A stretch of DNA of 64,000 bases from Chiloscyllium plagiosum (lineage: Eukaryota). Location: NCBI RefSeq assembly GCF_004010195.1, contig NC_057750.1, positions 3,096,761-3,160,760 on the forward strand. Reading direction: 5' to 3'. Under the pieces are notes generated by a model, which was not told the origin of the DNA, searched no databases, and saw only the letters and a list, made by a program, of their open reading frames with translations. Numbering within the stretch: position 1 is the stretch's first letter; the number at the start of each line of letters is the position of its first letter. Position numbers and translations under genes: made by a program. This document shows positions 25,765-39,811 of this stretch, piece by piece.

Positions 25765-27004
25765 TATGTATTTAATCAGAGCCCTTAAGCCAACATTTGA
25801 AAAAATCACAACATAGCAGTCCAAAAGTCAAAGAATACTTTCAAAACAAAGTATCTTTACAATTTTACTGGCCTTGAGCAAGTGTCAGAGAATGAGTTCA
25901 CTGCCCCATTAACTGCATCTAGTCAAAAACCAGTGTTTTAAGTAGAGGCAAAACAACTTGATGTTACAAATAATGCAAGTGCTCAAGAAACCATTGCACT
26001 GTTTGCTAGTTTAGTCTTGTAGAGGTTTTATAAATCTGCTCACATGGAACTACACATCATTGGAGCAGGTGGGACTTGAACCTGTGGCCGTACTCAAGAG
26101 CTACAGACTCTTGTAGACTGAGGGAAGTGGTCAAGTTTAAATTTGTTAATGAAGTGGATTCATGAGAAAACAAGTATCTAACCAAAAATGTCTGAGGAGA
26201 TAAGGCTAAAATAATTCACATTAAACAGAGGAATTTCTGTTTTTGAGTCATCAAATCAGTCTCATGAGGACATTCTGCGTAAAGCAAGCTATTGTCAAGT
26301 GCGAATGAGGCTTTCAAATTCCACAGCTCTTGTTTCAGGTCTTACTAATTTTAAATTTCAGACAATGCAGCTCTGAATGAAAAAAAAACAAACAACAAAA
26401 TCTTAAGGAGTTCCACACTGCACATCTCCACTGCAGAATTATAAAGGGTGCAAGACCCTAGTTTAATAAATAAAAATTTCCTTTGACAGCAACATTTAAA
26501 GTTACAGATAGGTGTAAAATGCAAGAATAAGCCTCAGAAATGATAAAACACTTAAACAAATAACAAAGTTATATTAGGCTTCCTTGTGTAAAGTTACCAA
26601 ATCAAAATAGAACTAATCTGCAGTTCCTTCCAATCAGTGTATGATCGTGTTCATGTGCTCAGCTGTGGTTGACTGTTTGTCCTTGTAATTTTGATAACTT
26701 CTAGATGCTTTACTCAGGCATATAGCAACATACTAAAATTTAAACTAGAGATTGTAATTGATCACTCAAACAGACAGTCTCTGATGAATTCAAGATAAAT
26801 CACCTTCAGAAATCATGGCGATCTGGGTTACGTCAACCCTTTAGGAAAGTTCGTTCTTCCCAACAATTGTTGCAAAAAGATTCCACCCTACCAGATCTTT
26901 TTATGGAGAAAAACTGCTTAAAATTGCAAACATTTGTAAAAAGGCAACTGGTCAGGCAACCTGTTCTAATATTTACTTGTCAAGGTTCCCAAAAGGGGGG
27001 ATCT

Positions 27005-27014
27005 AAGATGGCGG
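27005..27014 (+). promoter_or_regulatory. YY1-like site in the L1 5' end
   Basis: aagatggcgg directly after the G-run that begins the element. Confidence 0.6.
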
Positions 27015-27173
27015 CGATCGGAGAAGATCACACTGCAGAGCTTTGCATCGCAGCAGGACGGTCCTTTAACCCACCCAACCCAGGTCATCAGGATTTCTTG
27101 GGGCGTTGGAAAGATTGTGGAGCCTCAAGAAACATTTAAAAATTGACTTACTTGTATTTTCAGCTGTCCAGAA

Positions 27174-27986
27174 ATGCCCAAAAAGGGAGGAGGAGCATCA
27201 GAGACCAGGCCTGCAGCTCAGCCTGCTGCAGCCTCTGAGCCGATTATTCTCCAGGACCTGGTGAACCAGCTCTTGAAATCTCGCGAGATGTTGGGGAAAT
27301 AGATTGAAGAGAAGCTGGCTCCAGCTTCTCATGCTGCAGAAGCATGACCAGCAGCTGGGAGACCTGAAGAGGACGGATGAGGTGGAGCACAGGGTCACAG
27401 TGGTGGAAGCTGATGCTAGTTCATTCAAAGAAGAGATCAAAGCCCTCAAGTCGCAGGTTCGTAATTTGCGTGACCAAGTGGATGATCTTGAAAACAGGGG
27501 CAGGAGGAAAAACATTCGGATCATTGGTCTGCCTGAGGGCAAGGAAGATGAGCGGCCTGCGGAATTTGTTGGAAGATTGGCTTCTGAAATTCCTTGACTT
27601 GGAGATTGGCATGAGAGGATTGAAGATAGAGAGGGCTCACTGGGTCGCAGCGCGGAGGTCGGGTCTGGGTCTGGGTCAACGCCCTTGTCCTTTCCTGGTG
27701 CTGTTACATCATTACCAGGATAAGGAGTGTGTCATGGAGGCTTCCAGACTCCAGGGGAAGGATCCAAAGGCCCTAATTTACGAGGGGTCGAAGATCATGT
27801 TTTTTCAGGACTTTTCAGCGGTGGTGATCCAGAAACGAAAATCGCATGATGGTGTCAAGAGGAGATTGAAGGAGCTTGGGATTCAGTACTCAGATATCCG
27901 GCAGTGCTTCGGATCACCTTAGATGGATCCATGCATCTATTTGACAATCGGAGAAGGCAAGAGACTTTGTGGACAAACTAACCTAA
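27174..27986 (+). pseudogene. L1 ORF1 (frameshifted)
   Basis: coiled-coil plus RRKNIRIIGLPE and IMFFQDFS motifs split across frames. Confidence 0.82.
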
Positions 27987-28583
27987 TTTAAACAATTTAG
28001 TATGTATAAATATTGTTGCTTGGGTATGCGTTTATCATTCTGTAAAAGAAAGAGAGGAAATCCGGTTGGAGCTTTGTTTTTCCCCTTTTTTCCCCTCTAT
28101 AGATAATAATTTGGTTCAAACTGTCTGGCGGTGGTTAAGATATACATTTTAAATTTCTAAGTTAGGACATACCAAAGGATGGGTGTGGTATTTATTCCCC
28201 CTTTTCTTTAAGAATTTTTTTTATTCATACTGATATTCTATGGGGTGTTTATTCTTTTTAGCTAGTGCTTGCGATGCGGCTCTAGCTGGGAGAAGTGAAG
28301 GTGGTGGAGATGGTTGGATGCCTATTTATGGGCAGTTCGGGATGGGTAGTTGCCCCCTCCGGGCAGGGGGTGAGTTCCCCTACTCAGCGCTATTGGCGCT
28401 TTAAATGTTGGTTTGTTTGCTGGTTTTTGTTGTTTTTTATTTTTAATAATCTTGCATGTTTGTTAAATGTAGTGGTTTTAGTTTATGTAGTTTTAATATT
28501 TGGTGGACCATGCAACACTAAGGCTCAGCAATTTGTGGTTCGGGTTCCTCCTCTCTGTAACTTAAATGTAATTGCAGAAGATT

Positions 28584-31500
28584 ATGGCTAATGAGTTGAT
28601 TAAATGGTGTACCTGGAATATCAAGGGAAGGTCACTCACCAATTATGTGGAAGAAGGTATTCTTGAGTCTTAGAAAAGGAGAAGGTGGATATTGCTTTAT
28701 TACAGGAGACACATTTGGATGACAAGGAGCATCTGAAATTACGACAGAATGGCTTTGACCGAGTTTATTTTTCATCTAATACCAGAAGTAGGGGAGTGGC
28801 TATATTGGTAAGGAAAAAAATCTCATTTAAATTGTTGGAATGTGTTAAAGACACATATGGGAGGTTTGTAATTCTTAAAGCCTTGATAAATGGAAGAATA
28901 TGGCATTTTAAATGTTTATTGTCCCCCAGCTCATCCTTTTAAATTCTTGGTAGATGCTTTTTCTAAACTGATAAGTCTCAAGTCTCAGCACATTATAGGG
29001 GGAATTTTAACTGCCTCATGGACCCCACAGTAGAAGGTTGCCTAAAAGGTCCCTAGATACCATCTACACAAACTAAACAGTTATTGGGTCTATGTGGGGA
29101 ATTAGGGTTGGTGGATGTCTGGAGGTGTCTCCACACTACAGGTAGGGATTTCACGTTTTTCTCCAATCCGCATAGATGTCACGAGGATTGATTTTTTTTA
29201 CCCCTGCGGTAACCCTGGATCTGGTGGCATCCTGTACGATTGGTAATATTGCCATCTCTGATCATGTTCCAGTGTACCTCATGGTTAAAATTAAGGATAT
29301 TACAGTGGATTCAAGGTACCGGCGAATGGACCCCTTTATTCTCATGGGCAGCAAGTTTATGGAGTATTTCTCTGGGGAATTTCAGGCATTCCTAGACATC
29401 AACATAGGCTCGGTTGATAGCTCATCTGTTCTCTGGGAAACTGCCAAAGCTTATGCCAGAGGGTTAGTTATTTCATATTCCACCAGTAGGAAGCAGCAGA
29501 AGGGCGAGCAGTAACATCTCCTTGAAGCATGGTTGAAGGCAGCCAAGGCGGCCTATTTTGACAGACCCTCGTTGGTCAAACTACAGAGGATTACGGTACT
29601 GCGGTCTACACTAAATTCCGTGCTCTCAGACAGCAAAGAAGGAGCTAGCTTTTGCAAAGCAAAGGTTATACAAGCATAGTGACAAGCCAGGCAAATACTT
29701 AGCATACCTTGCCCTACAAACGATTACAGCGATTAGGGAAGGGTCTGGGAACCTAACATGCGATTTTAAAAAGATTAATGTGACGTTCCAGAGATTCTAC
29801 TCCAAGTTAGATCAGTCAGAATTGTGAGGAGGGGCAGGCCAAAATGGAATGGTTTTTTAGAGATCTGAAGCTCCCGGGTGTGACTCCCAAACAACAGTCC
29901 TTTCTCAATGCCCCAATTATCAGAGCAAGAAGTGCAGGAAGCTGTGAGACAGCTTCAGAGTGGAAAGGCGCCCGGTCCTGATGGACTTCCCAGTGAATTC
30001 TATAAGGAATTTATAAATATACTGTCAGCCCGATGCTGAATATATTTAATGATTCATACAGTCATCATGTTTGTCTCCCACCATCTGAGGCAGGCCAATA
30101 TTTCACTTATCCTTAAAAAAAAAAAGGGATGGATCCAGAAGACTGTGCTTCATACAGGCCCATCTCACTCTTAAATGTGGACTTTAAGATCCTCTCTTAA
30201 GGCTCTTGCGTTAAGGCTGGAGACTGTGTTACCCTCTATTATTAAAGAGGATCAGACGGGCTTCATAAAGAGTCGCAGATCTTCCAATTACGTTAGGAGG
30301 CTGCTTAATGTAATTCAAGCATGCCAACAGCAGTCAATACAGGGATTGGTGATTCCTTTAGATGCAGAGAAGGCATTTGACAGTTGAGTAGCTGTACCTT
30401 TTCTATACTCTAGACCAGTTTGGTCTGGGCAAAGTTTTCATAAGATGGATAAAGGTTCTCTACAGTGTACTCCTTGCTGCAGTCATTAACAACGGGGTAC
30501 GATCAAGCAATTTTAATATTTCTAGGGGCAGCTGGTAAGGCTGTCCCCTTTCACCATTACTTTTTACTTTGGTGATTGAACCGTTGGCAGAGGCCATTCA
30601 TGGGGATCTCAATAGATCAGCTCCAGAAGTGGGGTCAAAATCACATATGATCTCACTGTATGCAGATGATGTTCTAATTTCTGGACAAATCCAGCAGTCT
30701 CAGTGCCTTGCCTGATACAATATATTCACGCGTTTGGCACTTTTTCAGGGTATAAGATTAATTTTGCTAAATCAGAGGCTATGCCTACGAGTGGCCTTAC
30801 GAAAGAGTTGGCTTAGTGACTATAGATTCCCATTTAGGTGGTCACAGGGGGGTTGTGTGTATTTGGGCATATTCATTACTCCAGTTCTGGATTGGCTGTT
30901 CAAAGCCAATTTTACTCAATTATTTGAAAAAATTAAACAATATCTCCAAAGATGGGAGGCACTTCCAGTCTCATGGTTGGGTCAGATAGCGCTTAAGATG
31001 AATATTCTCCCTCGTTTGCTATACCCTATACAGATGCTCCCCCCGATTTTCAATAAACACACTCAGGAGACTGAACAGTTGGTTCAGCTCCTTTATCTGG
31101 CACCGTAAACGGCCCCTCATTAAATTAGCCAAACTGCAGTTGCTTCAGATCGGGGGAAGTAGACTTTCCGGACATTAAAAATTACCAATTAAGCTCGCTT
31201 TTGACCTACATAAGTGATTGGGTTTGTGGGGACCCTCTTTCAATATGGCGAGATATCGAAGCCTCGCAGGCAAGGTGCCCCCTTACCAGTGTTGTTGTTT
31301 TTGGACAAAGTGAGGACCGTAAGGGAATATTGCCATAACCCAATAGTCATCAATACTGTTAAAGCATGGAGGGCAATTCGGCAGAGGGAAGGTAATATTG
31401 GCAAAACATCTTTGTTTACACCTTTAGTGGGTATGCCAAGTTTCCAAACACGTTTGATAGATTCGGGATTTAAACGTTGGGCAGCTAGGGGTATATCTTG

Positions 31501-32360
31501 CATGGGTGATTTATTTGAGGGAGATGTGATGATGTCCTTCGATCAGTTAGTACGGAAGTATGAGTTACCTAATGGAGACCTCTTTCATTTTTTTCAAGTT
31601 AGGGATTTTATTCAAAAATAGACCACACTTTGACTGATCCCTACAAATCTGACATAGAAAGAGGGGTACTAATGGCTAAGAGTACACTCTGTCAGTACTC
31701 TATATCACCAATCGGGGGTGCCACGTCAGATGAGTCTGATCGACTCTGCAAGATGTGGGAAAGAGAGCTGGGTGTTGACGTTTCTTCAGAGGCATGGGAG
31801 GATATTTGGGAGAATGCAAGGAAGATATCAATTTGCAATAGGATCCATGGTTTACAGTTGAAGATTCTCTACAGGGTCCACTTGGCCCCAGACTGTGTGT
31901 CAAAATTTAAACCAGGGGTATCTTCAGCATGTCCCAAGTGCAAGGTCTGTACGGGTACTCCTACCCATTGTCTTTGGTCTTGTGACAGGCTTTAAACATA
32001 TTGGAGCGCTATGGTGGGTGCAATGGAGAGGATTTTAGGTGTGGGGGTGGAGAAGGACTCTATTTCGCTCCTTTTGGGCCTATCCATTGTATTTCCTGCA
32101 GACTCATAAAAGGAAAAACTTTTCAATATTCTTACATTCTGTCCAAGCATGAATATCTTGCTAGGTCGGATATCAGAAAACCCCCCAGGCCTGTCAGGTT
32201 GGCGGAAGATTGTTATGGAATATATTACCCTGGATTTTCTCACAAATATGGTACACCACAAAACTGAGAATTTTTACAAGACAAGACATGGCAACCCTTT
32301 TTGAAATACCTGGACACAGATTTATCTGCCACACAAACAAGGACTTTTATATAGCTGTAA
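28584..32360 (+). pseudogene. L1 ORF2 EN-RT-CCHC (multiple stops and frameshifts)
   Basis: starts MANELIKWCTWNIKG; fragments in the ORF track between 28685 and 31995; end approximate. Confidence 0.85.
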
Positions 32361-34925
32361 CGATTGAGTTTCATGAGTCCAATATCCAGGGAGGAGGAAC
32401 TGTGAATGTATGAGTGTTTTGTTTGGCTGGGCTGAGTTATTACTACTTATTTGTTTGTTGTGAGGTATTTAGTTAGTTAAATAGCTAGTTTAGTTTTTTT
32501 TTAATTTTATACTTCTCTATATATGTTTATACAATTGTATAGGAGGGTGGGTTGGGGAATTGTTTTTATTATTTGGGTTTAGTTTTGTACTATTTTTGTA
32601 CTGTTTTGAATTACATTGTTTTGTATTTGTTGCAATATTTAAAAATTTTTCTTAAAAATATATTTTAAAAAGTTTACCAAAAGAACATTGTCAAAGACTT
32701 GTGTGCCTCACCTTGCTCAATTGCCAAAATAATTAGGTTGCTTTGTTTGAAATGCTAAAGCAGTGGCTAAAGTGTATTTGAACTTCATTATACATTTGAA
32801 GGGAGCAGATATAAACAAGACCCTGCAGTTAGAACTCAAGTCAAAATTAAAACAGCCAAGAGGGAGGGGGCAGGGGAGAAATTTCTTAATGCAGACTTGC
32901 TTGCCATCATGCAATGACTGAGCCAGAGATTTTGAAAATTAAGCAAAGACAGACAGGAGATGTGAGTAGATGATGATGATGATTCAGAGCTACAGGGATG
33001 CAGTCAGTTAGTGGGATTAGTTTGGGATCATTAGTGAAGTGCCAGCAGACAATGGGATAATGAACCCTCTTCACTACTGGCAATGCTGAATTGGATATTA
33101 GATCACAGGTATGCATTTTTTAAGATTGCGCACAACCCATTAATAGCTTGCACTAATCCATTAGCATGTAAATTGCAAAAGGGGAAGTCAATGTTCATTA
33201 CAAATTCCTTCAGACATTAATGGGTAGCAATTTTCCTTTCGTGAACCAAAATTCCTACTCCTGACTAGAAACTGCCATCTACATTGAAAGGCACGGTTAG
33301 TCATTTAAAGCCGTATTGTGGCATTTTAGATCTATACATTAAGATCCAGAGGGCTCTTTCAGTTCAAATATTATCAGCAAGATGGAGGCTGTTCCCATAA
33401 CAGACCTACTAGTTGCTTTCAATTTGCTCCATTAATCACCTTTTTCTTCCACTGTTACGCGACTTATGGTTTCTTATACCCAGCTATTTATGGTTGCCGC
33501 AATGCTGTCATTATCCAAGAATCTTTCTTCTTGGCCTCCGAATATAACCTGTGTACAAACAGCATAAATTTTAAGTAGCATTTTCCCCTCAAACCCTGTT
33601 CAGAATACTTTTCACTCATTGTCACATCACCCATGCCAGTTTTAGAGATATTAGCTATCCCTCCATTAGATCTTCAAACAGGTTACAAGCTCACCACCCT
33701 TGTATGATGCTCACCTCCACAACTTTTCACTAGGATTTTTGTGCACTGGTCACATTTCACTTTCACTAAGCCCATTCCATCTTTCCCAACTTCCACAGTC
33801 CAACTGTGGTTTTAGCTTCTTTCCCCTGAGCTCCACTCTGCCAAAAACCCTCAATGCTGCTTTACTCAAACACTATACTTGACCTCAAACTCCCAAGTGA
33901 AACAATTAACTATATCAATCTCTCTCCAGTAGTAACTTGCACATCACTTTTGATTTGTAAAAGTTTTTATACGTTATCTTGCAGGATCACTCACGCTTCC
34001 ACCCTGTGCTAGTGTAGGAGAAAATCTAGCTTCCTGTTAAAATGAACACTGCCTGGCTGAGAATGTGTTTGGAAGTTGGTGTGGCAATGGGCAAAAGCAT
34101 AATTACTAAAGGTCTTTTTCCTGCTTCCAAAAGTGAACTTCATTTCCTACAGACTTCTTCATTTACATGTGTAGGTGATTACATGCACAAAGTATGTGCA
34201 CTTCCTCATAATCAAGTATTTGTACATCATAAATACCTATCTTTGTAGATAACAGATTACCTTCAGTGAAATATGTACTACCAGCAATGCTACCTCTACC
34301 AGTCAATATCACAGTGCATCTGCATAATTCTTGTTCAATTTTAAAAAAGGATGGGCGGACAATTCCCCCCAATACTCATGTTACGATACCATGTAGAACA
34401 GGCCAAGATGAGAAAAAGGCCAATTATTGAGTCACCTTTTAGCTGCATGATTTCACAAGAGACTTAGCTTCAGCTATGCAGATAACACTACCCCTCAACA
34501 GCCACTCCCAGGTGATGCTTCAAGGAGATTGCCTTATAAGGTTAAGTGGCTCAGCCATAAAACCAAGTTATTCTTTAACGTAGGTGTGGTATGCTAAATG
34601 TCATTCACAACAATGTCATTCACAACAGCTCATTTTTTAACGTTATATTTACTGTTCAATCCAACTACAACAGGCTGTTTGAAATCACTTCCAAACAAAG
34701 GAATCAAGACATTGTAATTTACTGTACAGAAGGTAGCCAAATATTTGCACTTTTTAAAATGTGTAGGAAATGTTGAGCATCATATTCACAACTGCTGTAT
34801 AATACTAGCATGATAAAATCATGCAAGCGCTGTCAAAACAATCAATTTAGCAAGCTCCATATTTCCTTTTCCAAAGTAGATTGCTATCAAGTCAACTAAA
34901 AAGTTCACATAGCGGTCTAATTTAT

Positions 34926-35108
34926 GATGTAGAGGAGCCAGTGTTAGACTGGGGTGGACAAAGTTAAAAATCACGACTCCAGGTAATAGTCCAATAGGCT
35001 TATTTGGAAGCATTAGCTTTCAGAGCACTGCTCCTTCATCAGACACCTGAAAGAGCAGTGCTCCAAAATAACCTGCTGGATTACTACCTGGTGTTGAAAT
35101 TTTTAACT
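34926..35108. mobile_element. family-C PLE-like mini fold-back
   Basis: inverted arms; TSD gtctaatttat at 34915-34925 and 35109-35119. Confidence 0.8.
35014..35042 (-). ncRNA. minimal hammerhead motif (family C)
   Basis: minus strand: CUGAUGA-a-ggagc-agu-gcucu-GAAAG-CUA. Confidence 0.7.
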
Positions 35109-37029
35109 GTCTAATTTATAACAGTACTACAGCAAGTAATGACAGCAAATTAGGGATATGGTATATAGCTCTAATTTTTGGTCAAACTACAAATAGAAAA
35201 ACAAAGGCAAAAAATCTGTTAAAGTTTTAATGGGGGATGGGGGAAAAGAGAAAGAGCATGCACAATGAGGGGAAGGTCAGTCAAACACTGAAAGACTATG
35301 CACTCGCTGTTCAATGTATCAAAATCAAGAAATTCTGAGACTAAAGCTTAACTGCATAAACAGATGCCTTATAACTTATGCAGAATCCTAGGTAAAGAAA
35401 ATAACAGACCGGTCTTTGAATTTACCTCAACTTCAAGACTGTGGGGGCTTTTGCAAAACTAAAAAGAAATTGGCTACAGTTTATCATGGGAAATCCATAG
35501 TGTATTTACTGCAAAACAGTCAATGATGCTACTTGAAATTTCACCTATGTAACCCGTAGCCAATTGAGCGCTAGTTAACATTGTCTTTCTAGCTCCAAGA
35601 GGACCATTAAACTTGTTTAAAAAAATAAATCAGATCTGCCCTATTGAATGGCAAAGCAGTCTTAAGGGACTGAACAGTTTGTTCCTGTCCCTATTTCTTA
35701 TCGTCTTTATTGAAAATTGCCTTACAAAACGAACAGCTGGAAAAACATTAAATTAAGGAATCCAGAAAAAAATACAGCAATCAGTTCCAAAGGGAAAGCT
35801 CAATGGAGATTGGTTGTAATGTCAATTGGTTCTTTTCCAGATGAGTCATTCATATTCCCAAACTTGATTCCCCTTCTCTCTCCTCCTCTCCCCCCGCCAT
35901 TCAAATCGCTTGAGGGAAGATAATTACCCATACAATTTTCCTCCATTAGGCACATGACTGCCTTGGAATAATTTACCCTAGATAATTTTCTAGAAACTTT
36001 GCCAAGGACACTCCAATAGGATGCTCATATCCAAAGAGAAAATATTTAAGATCTTCCTAAAAAAAAAGGAAAGATATTGTAGGATAATGACACCTCAAAA
36101 ATAAGAGATTTACATATCTTAGTTCTTCTAAAAAACCACCAACTTGAAGTTTTGTTCTCCATCTTCAGTGAAAACTTTGGGGAAAAAAAATTAATAAGCA
36201 GCCACGGGATGATTTAGGTAGAAATACATGGTTACTTATCCAGAGATGATTTTACTAACAAAACGGAATTTTAAGCCAAACAGCAGCTGCATGTATATGA
36301 ATCAAGGAAACAGCACTGGGTCATATTACAGAAAAGCTGGTAACAGAACTTTCGCTGGCTTGAAGTGCTTACTCCTTCATTGTTGCCTATTTCCTTTGCC
36401 CCTGTATTGGTAAACATGAATCAGCAATGAACAGATTCAAAGAAATTTCAGAGATTGGGGTGAGGAACCACCATTTAAAACAAAGGATTTCTTATGTTCT
36501 GATCAACATTTGCCCAGAACCAAAATCTCAGATTACCCAGTCACTACCAAATTGCTATTTTCAGAAACTGAGAGCAAACGGTCTGTTGCTTCTCCTGCTT
36601 TATAGACACCCCATCTCACTGATTGAAGCAGCTTTGTCCATCAGGTCATGATGAGTGCTGTACAGATGAAAAATTAATTTTCCTACTTTGTATGATATAT
36701 ACACCCTTGGTCAAAAACACCTGTGCAAAGGAGTAGATTCATTTCTTTTATATACTTAGCAAATGAAGAAAAATGTTTATAAAATCTTTGATAACCATGT
36801 TTAAGAGCACTATTTTGACATGGCAACTGATGTTGTGGCAGGTTTCATATGTGCAAGTTATCATCCAAGTTAAGGACACCAGGATTTGCATTCTTCACAA
36901 ATGCTGAAGTTCAAAGAAAGTTATTATTAACACTGCTGTACATACGACAGGCAGTTCACTCTACAATTTGTACATTTCCACACTTTTTAACTAGTAGACT
37001 TCCTCTTGGACTGAAATGCACCAGTGATG

Positions 37030-38730
37030 CAGGCACATAGGAATAAAGAGTGAGAGTAGACAATTCAGCCCTTCATTAAGCCCACTCACCATTTGACATG
37101 ACCATAGCTGATCATAGCCTGGTCTCAACTTCACTTTCCTGCATGCTCCCCATAGTCCTTTATCCTGCTTTTCAGAACCTTTTTTCCATGAATCTGTTCA
37201 TTGCTTGTGCGTACACTGCACTGACGCAGTGGGTTCCAGATTCACAACTCTCAAAAGAGATAGTTTCTTCCTCACCTCATCCCTGGAATCAACCTGGTGA
37301 ACCCCTTCTGAACGGCCTTCCGTGCCACCACATCCTCAAGAGGCGCCAAAACTGGATAAACATCTACAGGTGTGGTGTTACTTATGTCTTATATAATTGT
37401 AACAACATGCATTTACTTTTATAATCCAGTCCTTTTGCAAAAAACGCGAAGATTATATTTGCCTTTATTGTAGGCAGCACCTGCATACGCACGACAGAGG
37501 AACCTCGATTATCTGAAGGGGATCTCAAGGTCCTGATAGAAACACTACAAAGAGCTGTTTCAACCCTCATTACATTTTTTTTTTACAGGTACAATGATTA
37601 AAAATGAACTCTGCTCACTGAAATGCTGCTGAGAACAGTCCTGGACAGTCCAGGCACCATCTCCAAATGACTGACCTCCTGCCCGCTCTCTCTCCCCGCA
37701 CTTTCCCTGTAGTTCTATAGGAGTGAACCCTAAATCCCCCTTCCCCAGATAATCTCTCCAACATTTTCACGTACAGAGCAACGGGTGGAACCAGTTAAAA
37801 GGGTGTACGCGCATGCGTGCTATTTGGAGACTTACCCCATAAAGGCAGCAGCAGCCTTACTGGTGACATACAGTCTGGTAGGGGGTTGGAGCTGTTGGAT
37901 TGAGGGCGAGGGTGGTGGTGGTGCTGGAAGCAGTTGAGGGCAGACAGGGCGCAGGGTCTCACGCTCAGTATACTTTTGCCTAGTCTCCTGCACGGGGAGC
38001 AGACTTCACAGAAAACTCCAAGCCCCAGAGGAAAAATCAATTAACCAAATAATCAATTATCTGAACAAAATAGTGTCCACTCATCTAGTTTGGATAATAG
38101 AGTTTCCTCTGTATCTACAATTCATGCACAAGGACACCAGATCCCTCTATAGTGATGTAATTTGAATCGGTTTCCCATTTAAATAAATTTGCCCTTTTAT
38201 TTTTCTGGCCAAAATGGATAATCTCACACATATCCATATTAAATTCCATCTGCCAGATTCAGCCTATCGATATCCATCTGTAAACTCTATTACAGCTGCT
38301 TTCCCCACCTATTTTTAGTATCATTTGTGAATTTTGCCACGTTACACTGATCTGCAAGTAGGGACATTTGATAGATTGTAAATTGTCAAGGTCCAATAAG
38401 TGAATCCTAAAGAAACCAGTTCGCCATCCAGAGAAGGACCCATTTATCGTGACCTTCTGCTTTCTGTCAACCAGCCAATACTCCACTCCTAACCCTCCGT
38501 ACCTAAACTTCTAGATCAGTCTTTTATGGGATGTGTCAAATGCCTTCTGGGAGCCCAAATATACCACATCCACCAGATCCCCTTATCCACCCTGCTAGTT
38601 ATATCCTCAAAAAGAACTCCAAGTTTGTCAAGCACAACCTGCCCTTCATGAAACTGTGTTGATACTGGCGAACTGAGCTTTATGATTTTCCAAGTATTTG
38701 GTTATCTTGTTCTTTATGACTTGACTCCAG
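37030..38730 (-). mobile_element. old CR1-like LINE remnant, interrupted by a MITE
   Basis: WLVDRKQKVTINGSFSGW and MLLQLYKT fragments on the minus strand. Confidence 0.65.
37495..38111. mobile_element. Tigger/pogo-like non-autonomous DNA transposon
   Basis: TIRs cagaggaacctcgattatc / gataatagagtttcctctg; TA on the right flank (GA on the left). Confidence 0.7.
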
Positions 38731-38739
38731 CAACCGAAA

Positions 38740-39770
38740 ACGACAGCTTATCGTTTTTGAAGGATGTCACATTCCAACAGCATAATTGACAGGGTCCTCA
38801 GCCAGGTCTGACCCAGCTCCCACACTTTGGCCTTCACCTTCTCTTCCCTCCCACAATAGGGATAGGGTCCCCCTCTCCCTCATCTACCATCCCACCAGCA
38901 TCTACATCCAGAGGATTATTAGATGCCATTTCCATCACTTCCACCAGGATACCACTATGAGAGACATTCCCTTTTCTGGTCAACCTTCTCCAGGGACCCT
39001 TCCCTCCAAGGCACCCTGCTGCACTCCTCCTTCACTCCCAACATGTCCCCACAGTTCCTTCTCCTGCAATTGCAGAAGGTGTAAAGCCCTCCTATTAGTT
39101 CCTCCCTCAACACCATCTAGGGCCCTAAACACACCTTCCAAGTGAAGCAGCGCTTTACCTGCACTTCACTCAAATCTAGTTTACTGTATTTGCTGCTCAC
39201 AATTTGGCTTCTTTACACTGGGGAAAAAAGAACAGACTGGGTGACTACTTGGCAAAGGACCTATGTTCTAACTGCAAAAATGACAAAGATTCCAGTTGTC
39301 TGGCACTTCAACAACCATGTTCCCTGGTCAATATCTGTCTTAGGTGTACTGCAGTGCGCCAGCAAAACTCAACGCCAAGCTGAAAAAAAAAGCACCTCAT
39401 TTTCCATATGGGAATTCTGCAGCCTTCTGGACTCAATAGACTTCAACAATTGAGCTTCTTCCTCCATGTATTTACTCCAACCCCCATACACCAGGCTTTG
39501 ACATCACATGGGCTGCTACCACACAACTCATTGTCAGCTAACAGTCGCCACCAACAGCTATTTAGGCTTAGGCTGATTTTACCCAGTCCTTTTTCTGTCC
39601 AGTTGTTTTCTCACCTTTTCTTCCCCCACCACTACATCCTCTGCATAAATACCCTTTTTCTAGCTACCAACAGTTCTGAAGGGTTACTGGCTCCAAAAAA
39701 CGTTAACTACTTTGCCCCCACAGATGCTGCCAGACATGCTGAGCTTTTCCAGCAATTTCTGTTTTTTCTT
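38740..39770 (+). mobile_element. degenerate Neptune-type PLE 3' half
   Basis: RVPLSLIYHP, CNCRRC linker, FTCTS...LYTGE GIY-YIG-like segment, LQPSGLN, then a pLTR-like end. Confidence 0.7.
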
Positions 39771-39811
39771 TCATATGGAGAGAGAGTGTGGCTGTTCAAA
39801 GTCAAAACAAA

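Larger units (their letters stand above)
26995..32669 (+). mobile_element. near full-length degenerate LINE-1 (~5.7 kb), antisense to ACTN4
   Basis: ORF1 remnant (DLENRGRRKNIRIIGLPEG), ORF2 EN (WNIKG, LQETH, ISDH), RT (DQTGF, DAEKAFD, LYADD), C-terminal CPKC...HCLWSC; imperfect TSD aaggttcccaaaag 26982-26995 / aagtttaccaaaag 32670-32683. Confidence 0.93.
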
